From Octopus sinensis (lineage: Eukaryota), in the NCBI RefSeq assembly GCF_006345805.1, contig NC_042999.1, positions 141,918,001 through 141,982,000 on the forward strand: DNA of 64,000 nt, written 5' to 3'. The first letter of the stretch is position 1. Every line of letters begins with the position of its first letter. Shown piece by piece: positions 25,036 through 39,166 of the stretch. The translations under genes and the position numbers were made by a program. Under the pieces are notes generated by a model. It saw nothing but the letters and a program-made list of their open reading frames with translations. It was not told the DNA's origin and ran no database searches.

Positions 25036-27936
25036 CGTACGCGTGAAGTATTTTTGTAAATAAACTTCCTTTAGACTGATGTAAATTTTATGAATAAAGC
25101 TGTAAAAGACAAGACCGTGATTGCGTAACTTTTAATTATGCTGGCTTTACCTCTGCAATTTAACTAGGCGTTGCTCAGAAGGAGTATTCTTTGATGAATG
25201 AAAAGTTTTCATATTTCCAATGCGTTAACATCGAAAAAAATTGTAATTTAATACCGAAAAGTTTTCAACTTCTTCGATGGACGAGATGACTCCCTATGCA
25301 TATTTTGTTTCCACTTATTCAGATCTGCTATAAATTTATTTAAGGAATGATACAAATTTTTTCACCAGTTGGAATTAGCAAATAATATTTGAGTTAACGA
25401 CAAACCACCAGTTGAAGCATAGACTGTTGACGTTTTAAACTTGCCGCTCGAAATCATCAAATTCACTTATTTAATTTCTTTTCCTTCTCACTGTTTTTAT
25501 TTTGTTCGACATTATTTTGTTATAGTGGTAAAAATTAAAAACCAAAATAAAAGAAAACAATTTGAAGAAATGAAAATGTATCATAAATGAGAATTTAAAT
25601 TTGATCATTTAGAACGTAGAGCTTGACATAAACTGCCATACAATCAATTTGAAATAATTGTTTTCTTATGGAACATTTATTTCATGCAGGGGAAAGGCTT
25701 AGCTTAAATAGGTCGACATTTGTATAATATAATCTTCAACCAAAGTAATTGATCCGAATTTCACCGAAACTTCTACATACTGTATATCATTGTCATTTGT
25801 ATAGTCTACTGTTTCAATTCATGAGTTCCTCTTATGTTACATTTTTCACAAAATCTAGTCAAACCAAAAGAAAGCGCGTTCTTTTCATATAATCAAAAGA
25901 TTGCCCTTTGAAGTTGCACTTAAACTGGGTAGGAAACTTTGCTTGATACTGGATTATTGTCTAACTAAACAGCGCTAATACTAATATTTCACAGCCTTTA
26001 AGTGAATCGTGATTGTAGAAGTGGACTTGAAAGGTCAAATGGAAAATTCTCAGCTCTGTATTAATGTATGATCTTATTTATCAATGGTTGGTGACTGTCT
26101 ATATCATTTCAGTTTTGAGAAAGAAATGTATTTTGGTGTATAATATAAAACTTTATAGAATGGTAATAAGTGGATATGGCGTTGTTCCTCAATTACCTGA
26201 GTATTTTTATGCTGTTTCTGTAGAAACACTTGTTAATTTAACCATTTCAAAGTTTCTACAAACTAAAATTAACGTATTTTGTAATAAATAAGTTTTAATA
26301 AATTTTGTGTGCACACTATTTAGTTTTCTTAACATGACACATCGATATATATACACTTGTAGAGTTTGGTCATGTAAATAAGATAGTCACTACATAGTTA
26401 ACTCCCTTAGTGTACACACTTTAGTTACAACCCATTGATGAAATTATTCCTTTGGGATAATAAAACATTAAAAATATACAAATCAAATTTTTATCTCATT
26501 CGACAGATTTTTCAAAGTTGTCAGAAAATATAATTCGTTTTAAAATAACAATAGAGTAGGTATTTCTAGAAAGAGAAAGAAAATTCATTCCCTACATTAC
26601 TAGTTGCAATTTTAGCAATACTTACGTACATGCAAAAATAACATCTACGCTGATCTTCACAATCCACTGCATTCCTATTTACCATACCTAAGCAACGATC
26701 AACTAAAGTGTTTTAAAATTTACTCCTGAAAATATCAGGTGAGTCATTTTTTAAACAAATAATGATGGCAATTTTGTTTATGGAAACTACTTTTGCTTGG
26801 ATGAATTTTGTTTTTATTTGTGACAGTATATATCGATGACATTTGAAAACAACTTTTACTTCTTAAAAGTAGCGAGTTAACTATGATTAAAAAGAAGTAT
26901 TGTGATTTTTATTGCTATTGTTGTATTTTAAATATTAATGAGAGGCATGACAATTAAAGCATTAAAGTTCGTGTGATAAAAAATAGTAATTGATCCGAAT
27001 TTCACCGAAACCTCTACATACTGTATAGACTACTGTTTCAATTCATGAGTTTATTTTATGTTACATTTTTCTCAAAATTCTGCAAAATTTAGTCAAACCA
27101 AAAGAAAGTGCGTTCTTTTCAAATAATCAAAAGACTGCTTTAATCTAGAAACTCGCATGGGCCAAAGTGTTATGCAGTAGTTCAGAATTGGCGCCTGTGC
27201 AATATATATCTTTAAACGGAGACAATTTACATTAATTTATTAGTGTCTTGACTTGGCAAGAATACATTGGCACTACACGATACTTGTCAGAGACTTCAAG
27301 ATCCTAGTTTGTATAAGTTAAATGCTAAACTATCTAAAAATTGTTCGGCATTCTTTCGAAGGAATGACAGATAGAATATCTATATCCAAAGAATGTCAAT
27401 TGGGAAATTGTTTTTATTCTAGAGGGTAAACAAATATAGAAATAATTAAATTCAAATGTAAAATAAAAAAAAATTTTTTTCTTATCAAGCTGCTTGCAAA
27501 GATTTAAGGTGAGTAAGATCGTGACTGCAAATCAGGATGAAGTAATAATTTTGTGGGGTTACCTTATGAATAAAATAATGCCGAATGATGTATAACTGAA
27601 GAGATAATGAAATCTTGCTTTAGAATATATCTCATTGTAAAGTAGTTGAGGTAGTATATGTATGGAAACAGAGAATTTTAACTCTTTAAAACCGAGATAG
27701 TTAATAATTATATTTTTTCTCTGGTAATTGATATACTAATCTCATACAAAAGTATAAAAGGAAGTTGTTATTCATTACTAAAGTAATTGTGCAAGTTAGA
27801 TTTTTAATTTTCAGAGTCATGTTAAAAGTTTACATCATGTCTGTAGACTCAAAACATTGTACTCAGGAAAAAAATCTGAATCCAATTTATTTTTGTATGT
27901 TTTCAATAAATTTTTATTTATTTGAAGGGCAAAACA

Positions 27937-28366
27937 ATGGGGCGGTTCAAGAAATACCTTAATGAAACTGAAAAGCAAGAAGCAAAAAAAGTGCGAGAAA
28001 GAGAAAGACGTGCAAATGAAACAAATGATGAGAGACTTGAAAGACTAAGAAAGCTGTCTTTCAATGCACAGAAGAGACGAGCTGAAGAAACATCAGAAGA
28101 GAGAAAACAGAGGCTTAGAAGATTGTCTCAGAATGAATTGAAAAGAAGAGCCAAAGAAACGAAAGAGGAAAGATATGAAAGACTTAGGAAACTTGCTCAA
28201 TATGCAAGGAACAGACGTGCTACTGGGTCAAAGAATCATAACACTCGACAGGGTAAAAAAATTCAAGAAGAAAAGCAAAATGCTAATGGCTACATTAAAG
28301 TCAATCTTTTAAAGTATTATGATGTCCAAGAATTCCATCATCAGGAGGAGATGCAACATAACCCTG
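27937..28366 (+). CDS. Unit 2 exon 1 (coding part): STPR-type 23-aa repeat DNA-binding domain
   Basis: Three exact 23-aa repeats ETxxERxxRLRxLxxxxxxRRAx (28018-28224), like Bombyx FMBP-1 STPR. Upstream acceptor TTTGAAG| at 27927; donor CCTG|GTATTT (phase 1). Confidence 0.8.
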
Positions 28367-29037
28367 GTATTTGTCCCTCTGAACTTTTGTTTCATTTAAG
28401 TGTGATATCTAGTTTAATTTCTGTACATATTTAAGCATTTATATGTTTGACTCTCATAACTGATGTAAATATTTTGTACAATTAGTTGCTGTCCATTGTG
28501 CTTAGATAATTTGAACTGTTGTTCATTTTAAACTAATTTGAATATTGTGATATATTATATTATTATTTTATACTTATATTCTTTTATATTATTATTGTTA
28601 TCATTTTGATTTATGTTACTGTTTACAATGTGTGTCATGTAACAACTATCAGAACCTTGTATATACTTCATTCTTCACTCAAATAGTATTTGGGTTTTGA
28701 ATGAGTCACAGCGCATGCAGGTTTCTTCTTGAGAATTTTTAACTACATCATATGATCTAAACAGCAAATGTTTTGTTTGTTAGGTTTTATCATCATTCTA
28801 CTGAGTCATTTACACCAAAGGATGTATATACCTTGCTGTCTTCTGATAGTGTTGTTTTCAAGTGATTTCCATAACTCGGCATTGTATTCCTGTTTGGATA
28901 ATTGTTCAATTATTACCTAAGTCATTTTGAAATCTCAACAATATTCTAACACATTTGCTATTTTGTCTTTCCTAACCACTTCATATTTTAAAATGATCCT
29001 AATTGAGTACTAGAGTTACTTATATTCTATTTCACAG

Positions 29038-29260
29038 GAAATAATATATCTCGCTTAAAAACATCAAGACTTGATTGTGCCTCAACTCTTCAATTGCATC
29101 AAACTCATGCTAACAATGTGCAAAATCTTAATGAAATGAGTTCATCACAATGGAAAAGGAAAGCCTCTGAAGCAGCTACAATTCGGATAGAAGATGTAAC
29201 CCCAGACACAAACTTCAAACAAACAAATTCAAAAGCCTCAAAAACAAGAAGATCAACATC
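29038..29260 (+). CDS. Unit 2 exon 2: linker (missed by the ORF track)
   Basis: TTTCACAG|GA; open frame (G)NNISRLKTSRL...KASKTRRST; donor TC|GTAAGT. Phase 1 in, phase 2 out. Confidence 0.8.
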
Positions 29261-31388
29261 GTAAGTGTTACTCATCTAATTTCTTTCATATTATTGACTT
29301 CTCTAGCTCTGATTGATTCTGTATTGGACATCTGATCATCAGAAGATGACCATTTTTTAAAAAATTCCTCTGTAACCTCTTTAAGAGGCAAAACAAGGAT
29401 AAGATAAAATTTTAGAAGCTGTAGGAATCTATAATTTTACTGAAACGTGACAAAATCTATACAAAACATTAACAGCTCTCAGTCATTCATTTGTGACAGC
29501 TTTTATTATTCACCAAAACACCTTTTTTTTTTTTTAGCAGTAAACATAAGAGAGTGTTGGCTGATCTTGAACAAGAACTTCTGCAGTTGTTCAAAAATAA
29601 AGTGTTGCATTAATATAAAGTTAAAGTGTATACTAGATCCTTTAGCCCTCTCAGACCTGGGCTCCTGACCAAAAAAAAAAAAAAAATAGATAGTTGCATA
29701 TACAACTCAAGAGTAATGATTACAGGTAAACTAATGAACAAAATCACAAAAAAATTCTGGAGGATAACAATAATAGGCCTTTCTCTCAACTACCATATTT
29801 GTTAGACAAACTGATGGATAGAATCACAAATATTCAGGAGAGTAATAATAACAGGGGAACAATTATGAAGATAATTTCTCTTGAGGTTGCTTTTTCACTT
29901 GACTTAGATTAAAATTGGCATCCTGATTCAAAACTATAGTCAGTTTTCTTTTATCATGTCAAGTTTTTTTCTACTGCTTATTCTCTGAATAAACACAATT
30001 GTATTGTTTGTCCATAATAGGACTAATCAGCTGCTTTTATTATTTTATTGATATTTATTTTCTTGAAATCAGCACCCCAGAATTACTAGGAAACATGTTT
30101 CCAACACCAGACAACAAAACCATGGGCTTGCTTCTTAATGATCATATTTGTTCCCTTGACACTAGTTGAATTGTCCAAATCACTCTCATTACCAGCATAA
30201 GTGTAATCTCTTCATTCAAAGAATATCATCAATAATTTCCTTAACTGCAGAGAGTCTAGGCCTTGCTTGTTTACAAGATGAAGTGGTGGGTTCATCACAT
30301 GCTTGTTTCATTGCAAAATTGTTTTCTTTTTCTTGATTAAAAACATCTATGGGGGACACCATTAACAATGAGTCATAAACACACTAGACTACAAAGCTGC
30401 AATGTGATCACTTGTCTAATTTTAGTATTTCATCTTCTTTTTGTACCTATTTTGTTCATTACCACTTTATTAGCAGTCTGGCAGAGATGATGTTTAAGCT
30501 ATGCCTGCTATGGTGGGAACATGGTGTAACAGGGTTATTTTTACTTTTCACCAATTTGACTAAGTTTTTCTCCACCACCATTGTTGTTTGCTTCAGTAGC
30601 TTAATTCCCTTATTACATCCCAGCTGTCCATCTTGTACAATCTTAATGAAAAGCAACAGCTTGTGGAACACCCACTCATCTGTACAATACCGTCATCATC
30701 GTCAATAATTTAATCCCCATTTTCCCATACTTAGGTTAAAGACAGGATAGGTGGCAAGCTGACAGAACCATCAGCATGATGGACAGAATGCGAAGTGGCA
30801 TTTCTTCCAGCTCTTTACATTGTGAGTCCAAATCCTACCATGATCAACTTTGTCTTTCATCCTTTCAAGGTCAATAAAATAAGATACAAGTCAACTACTG
30901 GGGTCAATGTGGTTGGTTTGGCCCCTTCCCTCAAACTTACTGGTCTTGGGCCCAGCATCCCATCCAAAAGAATATTGTGAAAGAACAGCCCACATCACTT
31001 TTGCAGGCCTTCCAAGATTGGTAGACTTAATACTGTTAATATTCCATTTAATCTATTGCAGATTGACACCTGCAAGAAAGAAATGAGTGGGTAGGAAATT
31101 CCAAAGGACTCATGTTCTGAGGAGGAAGTATTGGTCAGAGTGGTTAATGCAGGGTGAAGAAAGGAGGGAGGAAAGAATGGATTGGAGATACCTGAATGAT
31201 GACTGCTTTGGAATTTGGCAAAGACAAATTAGCTAGTACTAGTGACTCACTAGTATTTGGAGGAAGATCTGTTATGTATCCTAATCTAAATCTAACACAT
31301 GCAATATGTTACCTTAACATGTTGATATGTTTTCTTTTCCCATATTATGTATCTAACCAATGCTGTTTTACATATTTTGTATTTACAG

Positions 31389-31566
31389 TCATTCAATGAC
31401 TGATGAAGTCATAGTTTTCCCACAATCAGCTGTGTCTCCAGTTCAAGAAAGACATGTTTTAGTGGTTCCAAATCATCAAACAGCAGTAATGTCTAATCTG
31501 TTTTCTCTATGGAAAGCACGGCGCCTCTGTGACTCATATATTAGTAATGGTACCATAAATGTAATG
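31389..31566 (+). CDS. Unit 2 exon 3: BTB N-half
   Basis: TTTACAG|T; HSMTDEVIVF...VPNHQTAVMSNLFSLWKARRLCDSYISNGTINVM|GTATGT. Confidence 0.9.
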
Positions 31567-31899
31567 GTATGTATGTTTTAATTCTATTTTATTCACATCT
31601 AGGATTATGTATCTCAACTTCCAACACCTAACTAGTATTTTATTTTATCAAATTCAAAAGTATCAGAGACAAAGTTTCAGATTCAGTCCCACTACAGAGC
31701 ATCTTGGCAAATCTTTTACTGTAGTCCTATCTTAACCAAAGTTTTGTGATCCAAACAAATCAGTGATGGTATGCTTAGGAATTAGTAAGTATAAACAGTT
31801 GTATAATGGAAGAAATTAGAAGTGGCATATCAGATATACACCCCACTTCCTTTAGTTATATTTTTTCCAAATATTTCTTTATAATCCTATGTTTTCAAC

Positions 31900-33140
31900 A
31901 ATCATCATCATCATCAACGTCTGTTGTCCATGCTAGCATGGGTGGGACAGTTTGACCAGGGCTGATAAGCCAAGGGGCTGCACCAGACTCCAGTCTGATT
32001 TGGCATTGTTTCTATAGCTGGATACCCTTCCTAACGCCAACCACTCCAAGAGTGTAACAGGTGCTTTTACATGCCAGTTGCCTGGCACCATTAACTACCA
32101 TGACTACAGTTTCACTTGTCTTGATGGGTCTTCTTCTCAAGCACAACATATTGCTGAAGGTCTTGGTCATTTGTCATTTCCTCTGTGAGGCCCAACACCC
32201 AGCACGGGTGCGAGTTACATGACAGTAGCATCAGCTATATTGCCTCCATGAGGGCCAACACTCAGAAGGGGCTTTTCACATGCCACCGGCATGGATGCTA
32301 ATGTCACAACACCAGCAATGGCCATGAGGCCCAATATTCAAAAAGTGCTCTTACATGGCACCAGCACAAGTGGCAGTAACATGACAACATTTGGCCACAA
32401 CTATGATTTCACATGGCTAGACAGGTCTTCTCAAGCATGGCATATCACCAAAGGTCTCAGTCACTAGTCATTGCCTCTGTGAGGCCCAACATTTGAATGT
32501 CTTCCTGGATCTACCTCATTCCATGTCTTCTTGGATCTACCTCTACCATAGGTTCCTTCCACACTTAGAGATCGACATTTTACGCAGCTGTCCTCATCCA
32601 TATGCATCACATGACCATACCAGCACAGTCATCTCTCTTGCACACTACAGATGATGCCCCTTGTGCCTAACTTTTCTCTGAAGATGCTTACACTCTGTCA
32701 AACATGCATACTGACATTGCACATCCAGTGACACATACTGGCTTCATTTCTTTCAAGCCTACACATGTCCTCGGCTGTTACAGCCCGTGTTTTACTGCCA
32801 TGTGATATAGCTGATTGCACACAAGCATCATACAGTCTGGCTTTCACTCTGAGGGAGAGGCCCTTTGTTGCCAACAGAAATAGAAGCTCTCTGAACTTTG
32901 CCCAGCCTATTCTTATTCTCACAGCTACACTCTCAGAGCATCCACCTCCACTTTTGACTCAGTCACCTAGATAATGGAAGCTATCCACTACCTCTAGCTT
33001 ATCCCACTGGCATTTGATGGAGTTTATTTTCTGTACATATTTAGTGTTTATTGTACCTGTGCACCTTCCATACACAAAAGCTATTTTTCAGTTAACCTTC
33101 CTCTGATATTGCTGCACCTCTTATGTGTTCATAGCTTGCA
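31900..33140 (-). mobile_element. 5'-truncated RTE LINE (left arm of a head-to-head pair)
   Basis: Minus-strand RIRIGWAKFRELL...HGSKT; (ATC)n tail at 31900. Confidence 0.85.
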
Positions 33141-34430
33141 ATATCAAAGGAAGGTTAATCAGGAAGATAGTTTCTGTGTGTGGTAGATGCACAGGGGCAA
33201 TAAACACTGAAGATGTACAGAAAACAGATTCCATCACATGCCAGGGGAAAAAACTAGAAGTAGTTGATAGCTTCCATTACCCGGGCGACCAAGTCTGTAG
33301 TGGGGGTGGTTGCTCGGAGAGTGTAACAGCTAGAATAAGAATAGCCTGGGCAAAGTTCAGAGAGCTCTTACTACTGCTGGCAACTAAGGGCCTCTCACTC
33401 AGGATGAAAGATAGACTGTATGATGCATGTGTGCAAACTGCCATGATACACAGCAGTGAAACATGGGCCATCACTGCTGAGGACTTGTGTAGGCTTGAAA
33501 GAAATGAAGCTAGTATGATCCACAGGATGTGTAATGTCAGTGTGCATACACAACCGAGTGTAAGTGCCCTGAGAGAAAAGTTGGACATAAGAAGCATCAA
33601 ATGTGGTGTACAAGAGAGATGACTGCACTGGTATGGTCATGTGTTACATATGGATGAGGACAGCTGTGTGAGGAAGTGTCACACCCTAACTGTGGAAGAG
33701 GTAGACCCAGGAAGACATGAGATGAGTTGGTGAAGCATAACCTTCGAATTTTGAGCCTTACGGAGGTAATGACAGGAGACAGACCTTTGGAAATATGTTG
33801 TGATTGAGAAGACCAGGCAACTAAAATGAGATTGCAGCCACAGTCAATGCCAGTGTTGCATATCTGGCCCATTTAAAAGTACCCTTGATGTGTCAGGCAA
33901 TATGATATGCTTGAGAAGACCTGTTGAATCAAGTAAAACCAAAATTGTAGCTGTGGCCAGGGCCCCCCCTCCTGACTGGCTGTTGTTCTGCTGGCACATA
34001 AAATGCCTTATCCAAGCGTGTTCGATGCCAGTGCCCCTTGACTGGCACCTGTGTCGGTGGCACATAAAACACACCATCCGAATGTGATTAATGCTAGGGC
34101 TGCCTTACTAGCTCCTGTACCAGTGGCATGTAATAAGCACCATCTGAATGTGGCCGATGCCAGTGCCCTCTGGCTCCCGTGCTGTTGACACGTAAAAAGC
34201 GCTATCCAAATGTGATTGATGCCAGGGCCTCCTGACTGGTTCCTGTGCCGGTGCCATGTAAAAAGCACCCACTACACCCTTGGAGTGGTTGGTGTTAGGA
34301 AAAGAATCCAGCTGTAGAAACATTGCCAGATCAGATTGGAGCTTGGTGCAGCAGCTAGCTTTCCAGACCTCAGTCAAACTGTCCAGCCCATGCCAGCATA
34401 GAAAACGGATGTTAAACAATGTTGATGATA
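33141..34430 (+). mobile_element. 5'-truncated RTE LINE (right arm of a head-to-head pair)
   Basis: ORF 33125-33622 CNIKGRL...ARIRIAWAKFRELL...SETW; family 3' tail ends at ~34430. Confidence 0.85.
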
Positions 34431-34495
34431 TGTAACATGTTATTAAACTGTATATTTGCCACATTTATTCCAGGTATATTTTATATATTTTTCAG

Positions 34496-35506
34496 ATTCA
34501 TAAAATGGTTTTAGGAGCTGTGTGTCCAAAACTACTGCCAGTTCTCCATCATTCATCAAAAGGTTCATTCCCCAATGTGGTCTTTCCAAGTTCAGTCAGT
34601 AAAGAAGGACTTTTAGCATTTGCAGAATACATGTACAGCGGCATTTTAGATCTGAATGAAGAAATTCTAGTCCAACTGAAGACTATTGCTGAAAAATTAG
34701 AAATGAAAGATTTTGAAGATCTTTGTTGTAAGGAATTGAACAAAGCTAAGACAAAAGATATTTTATCTGGTGTAGTGGAACCTTTGTTGGCAGAACCTTG
34801 TTCTTTGTCAGGATTATTCCCTTCCAGAACCCAAGGAGATCCTAATGAGGTTCAGAATTCTATGTTTATGAAGTTATTTAGAAATAATTATAGCAATATT
34901 AATATGCAAGCTGATGTTTCTGTCACCACAACTTCAGTTTCTGATGTAAGGTCTGCAGAAAATATGGTTACAGACCAGATTGTTGACATCAAAACTGAAG
35001 TGGAACCAGTAATACAGGCTGCAACAAAGTACAACTCTCTTCAGTTAAAAATAGAACCCTGTAGTCTTGGAGAAAGTCAAAATAGTATTCAAGAAGAACT
35101 GTGTATTGATATTGGTAACATTACTGCAATTAATAATGATGTTCAGTTAAAGCCTGCTGCCAGTACCACTTCTGGAAAGGTCATCAATAGGGACAATGAC
35201 TTTGGAGTTTCTCATTCAAACAAACATCTGGATTCCAGTGATGTCATCTATATATCTGAAGACACTTGTTTATCGCAGCATTCAGAAAATTGTGATAATG
35301 ATACTGATGATCAGGATGAAGTACAGCTAATTTCAGTAACATCTGTAACAGGCAATATAATTGAAGACAATCTCAGCAATAATTCTGATTTGGTAGAGAT
35401 CTCAAGTACGCTGCCTACAAATACAAAGTGGCTGCAAACATCAAATTCTAAACCATGTCCTGTTAATTTATTTTCTGTGAATGACAGTGGATATTCAACT
35501 CTATAG
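34496..35506 (+). CDS. Unit 2 terminal exon: BTB C-half plus tail
   Basis: TTTTCAG|ATT CAT AAA ATG; paralog of 13862-14899. Spliced CDS totals 1842 nt. Confidence 0.9.
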   Translation: MHKMVLGAVCPKLLPVLHHSSKGSFPNVVFPSSVSKEGLLAFAEYMYSGILDLNEEILVQLKTIAEKLEMKDFEDLCCKELNKAKTKDILSGVVEPLLAEPCSLSGLFPSRTQGDPNEVQNSMFMKLFRNNYSNINMQADVSVTTTSVSDVRSAENMVTDQIVDIKTEVEPVIQAATKYNSLQLKIEPCSLGESQNSIQEELCIDIGNITAINNDVQLKPAASTTSGKVINRDNDFGVSHSNKHLDSSDVIYISEDTCLSQHSENCDNDTDDQDEVQLISVTSVTGNIIEDNLSNNSDLVEISSTLPTNTKWLQTSNSKPCPVNLFSVNDSGYSTL

Positions 35507-36595
35507 TGCGCAAATGTTCAATTAAATTTCCCAGTATATTATATTTGTAATTATTTTTAACTTCAGATTTCATTTTATTGTCCAGATTAAAATACTGCTA
35601 AAGTAGGTTTCTTACCTAACTGATTTTCACCTTCACAACTTAATCATCACTATCCCCATCATTATCTCTATTATCATGAATTTTCTTTACCAATATGTCT
35701 CTGACATCTAACTGGTCTGATAATATAAGTTTTGGAGGATAAACATACCAAGATTAATTTTCATCAACAAACTTGTGGAAGACTTACCACTTTTGGCCTA
35801 ATTGGAAAATTTCATTACTACATCTTTTGAAATACTTGAAAAATTCAAGAAAGTTCTGGTAAATAAGTAAAAAGGAAGAAAAGATAGTTATTTTCAGTTG
35901 GTTTTTCTTTTACTTTTCAGTGAATTTATCTGTAATTTTTAAAGTTGTCACTGAATATCAGTTAATTCCTGTCAACAAAAGTATTGCTAATGAGAACTGG
36001 TTCAGTAGTTCAGTAAATCTCATTGATGAGTTGATGTTTTATTATGACAGAATCTTTAAACCATAAGCAGTAATCACAAGATTCATCTCTCAACATAAAA
36101 GTTTGTTCAAGCCAATAAGGAGGCCTCTATCTATCTTCCTCAGAAAAAAAAGGACACTTTAATAGTGTGTGAAAGAAATATTGTTATGGAAATGGCTGGA
36201 ATATCTGTAATTATAGGTTTATTTAATCAGATCTGTTGTGGGTATAAACAGCTCTCTTAAATAGGTTTTTAAGATCAGTTTCCACCAACCATTCTAAAGA
36301 TAAAGAATATATTCATAAAATGTCATATATTTTGGCAATTTTCGTTCATGACACATGAAATTTACAAATTACAAAACTCGTAATATTATACGTATTACAC
36401 AACAAATACATATTGCCACTAAACATATTCAACTAGGAATGGTGTAATAGGTTCAGGTCTGGCCCTGTGCCTAAGAAGTTCGCTCCCCAACCATGTGGAT
36501 CTGTGTGATGCCTTGGGAAAGTATCTTCCACTATAGCTCCAGGCTGACCTAAATCTTGTGAGTTGATTTGATAAGTGGAAATAGAAAGAAGCCTG

Positions 36596-36626
<31 letters not shown>

Positions 36627-36819
36627 GTCACAATGAGGATATTCAAACCTCTTATAGGGATATTTATCCAAGATACACTGGTTTAATATGTCAAATTTTG
36701 AAGAGATAATTCTTCACTGAATATATTATATAGAATATTGTAAGATACAAATTAATTTATTAATTAATCAACATATTAACTAACAATTGTTTCATTTCTC
36801 AAGATTAGAATTCATCATC

Positions 36820-37640
36820 AGCATCATTTACATGCCATTGGCACAGGAGCCTGTCAGGCAACCTGGCATCAATAACATTCAGATAGTGTTTTTTACATGC
36901 CACCATCACGGGAGCCAGCCTAGGTTACTGACATCGGCCACATCCGGATGGTGTTTTTTACATGCCACTGGCACAGGAGCCAGTCAGGGGACACAGGCAT
37001 CGACCATGTTCAGATGAACAGCAAGCAGCCAGTCAAGGGGCACTGGCCACAGCTGCGATTTTGGTTTTACAGTATGCAATAGGTGTAATTGATTGTCATC
37101 ATCGTTTAATGTCCGTTTTCCATGCTGGCATGGGTTGGACAGTTTGACTGAGGTCTGGAGAACCAGTAGCTGCACCAGGCTCCAATCTGATCTGGCAATG
37201 TTTCTACAGCTGGATGCCCTTCCTAATGCCAACCACTCTGAGAGTGTAGTGGGTACTTTTTACATGGCACCGGGACAGGAGCTAGTCAGGCGAGCCTGGC
37301 ATCAATCATGTTTGGATAGTGCTTTTTACATGCCACCGGCACAGTAGCCAGTCAGGGGGTACTGGCATCAGCCACATTCGGATGGTGCTTATTACATGCC
37401 ACCGGCACGAGGACCAATCAGGCGGTCCTGGCATCGATCACATTTGAATAGTGCTTTTTACATGCCACCGGCATGGGAGCCTGTCAGGCAGACCTGGCAT
37501 CAACCATGTTCAGATGGTGCTTTTTTACATGCTACTGGTATGGGAGCCAGTCAGGGGACACTGGCATTGACCACAATCAGATGATGCATTTTACGTGCCA
37601 CCGGAACAGTTGCCAGTCAGGCGGCACTGGCCACAGCTAC
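36820..37640 (-). mobile_element. RTE-tail retroposon copies with ~60-bp subrepeats
   Basis: Reverse-complement tail ATCATCGTTTAATGTCCGTTTTCCATGCTGGCATGGG at ~37095, plus repeated GTGCTTTTTACATGCCACCGGC units. Confidence 0.7.
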
Positions 37641-39166
37641 AAATGGTATGGTTCATTTCCAATGAGAAAATATTACCTTGTTTGGAAACATGTAAAGATT
37701 GACAACAGAAAGGCACCTGGCCATAGAAAATATGACCCTTACAAGCCTGGAAAATTGGGCATTAAAACAATGATGCTGACTTTGGAAATCAGATAAGATT
37801 ATGACTAAGCTAGGAGCCCTTAAAGGCCTTATAATGTTCATAGAACTTGTATAGTTTCAATTAATCCCAAATTACCATTTCATGCAGATTATGAGACCAT
37901 CGTGGTAAATGAAAATATATGACTACACAGCAGCGAGTATAACGAATAGCCTTTCTCAGAACTGTATTGGCCTTATAATTTCATTAAAGACCATGTTAGC
38001 CAAACAAATAGATGATCTACTTAAGTCTCATTCAGATTCACAGATTAATAAAGCCATATCCTCTATCTATCAAAATTTTTATCATTGTTATCCACAATAA
38101 ACTATTTGTAATGTCAGTTTCAGCAATCATTGTACAAAGAAAGCTATGTCACAAAACATGAATTCTATATAAGAATATATGAACCCAAAATTGTTTTAGT
38201 TCAAGGCTAGGAATATATTCAGAAGTAAAATTATATTTGTTACCTGACTGAATGGATATGTTGTCAGCATTGTCATCACTAGAAAGAATGATCAGTCACT
38301 TGGAAATTAATTGGGCAGTACACATGTTTTCAAAACAAGATTGAATCTTCCCAGATTAGAATAGAATGCAAGGAAAATTATTAAGCTATCAGTGATGTAC
38401 AAAACAATTCAAAAATAGAGATGTTCATTAAAAATATTTTTTTTTATTTTCATAGGCATGAAATTATCCAAAAAAATTTAAAGATGTAAATGAAGTTACT
38501 ATACTATCTAGCAATTGTAAGCGAATAAATAAAACCACAAACTTTTCTAAATTCTAGTTGGGACCTTTTTTCCAGAAAATGGTCTAAAACAAGTAGAGTG
38601 CACAAAAGGTTCATTAAAATTTGAGTCCTACGAAGGAAAAGGATAACGTTAAAGCTGTTGTTATGAAAACAATTAAATGCTACTTCCTATAAGTCGGTAA
38701 TGGAAACTTTTGATTGGCTAAAATTACATTAACGATTTGTTACTTTTTTATTACTAATTTCTAGGAAACAAAAGGTGATTTTTGCAATTAGCATGCAAAA
38801 CTGTATCAGTTACAGTTCTGGTGGTTATTTGTAAAAGTTCTTAGAAATTTTTCCCTGTGTTACGAAACCAAATTTTATCATTTACTAACCAAAGATTGAT
38901 GAGGTAAACAAAACATTCTCATGTGAAATGAGGTAGAACGGATTTGACTAAGGATCGTAGCTGGCTGACTCTGTATAAGAAAATGTCGGGTTCGTAATTT
39001 GAGAAGGAAAAAGTGGCAGGCAGTCAAGCGAATGATGATCAGTCTGGGAACTTGTTTGTTTTTCTTGTAATGTTTATAACGTCAAACATTTTGTTAGTAG
39101 AGTTACAGTAGAAATACGAAACTTATATTATGAATAAACTCCTGTTCGTATATGCACTCACACACA

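Noticed and set aside
13862-28366. Conventional BTB-first model (BTB spliced onto downstream DNA-binding exons), e.g. via the phase-0 CCT|GTAAGT at 14843 to acceptor 27928
   Set aside because: That donor is absent in copies 2 and 3, all terminal exons reach stops at similar positions, and sequence upstream of the STPR ATGs changes phase between paralogs. Not formally excluded without reads.
28367-28434. BTB-less STPR-only proteins from read-through to stops at 28434, 42166 and 55251, as in the ORF track
   Set aside because: The post-donor peptides diverge in length and sequence after GICP, while spliced frames are consistent. A minor retained-intron isoform remains possible.
33125-33622. 165-aa ORF as a host gene
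   Set aside because: It is an RTE reverse-transcriptase fragment with multiple degraded copies in the window.
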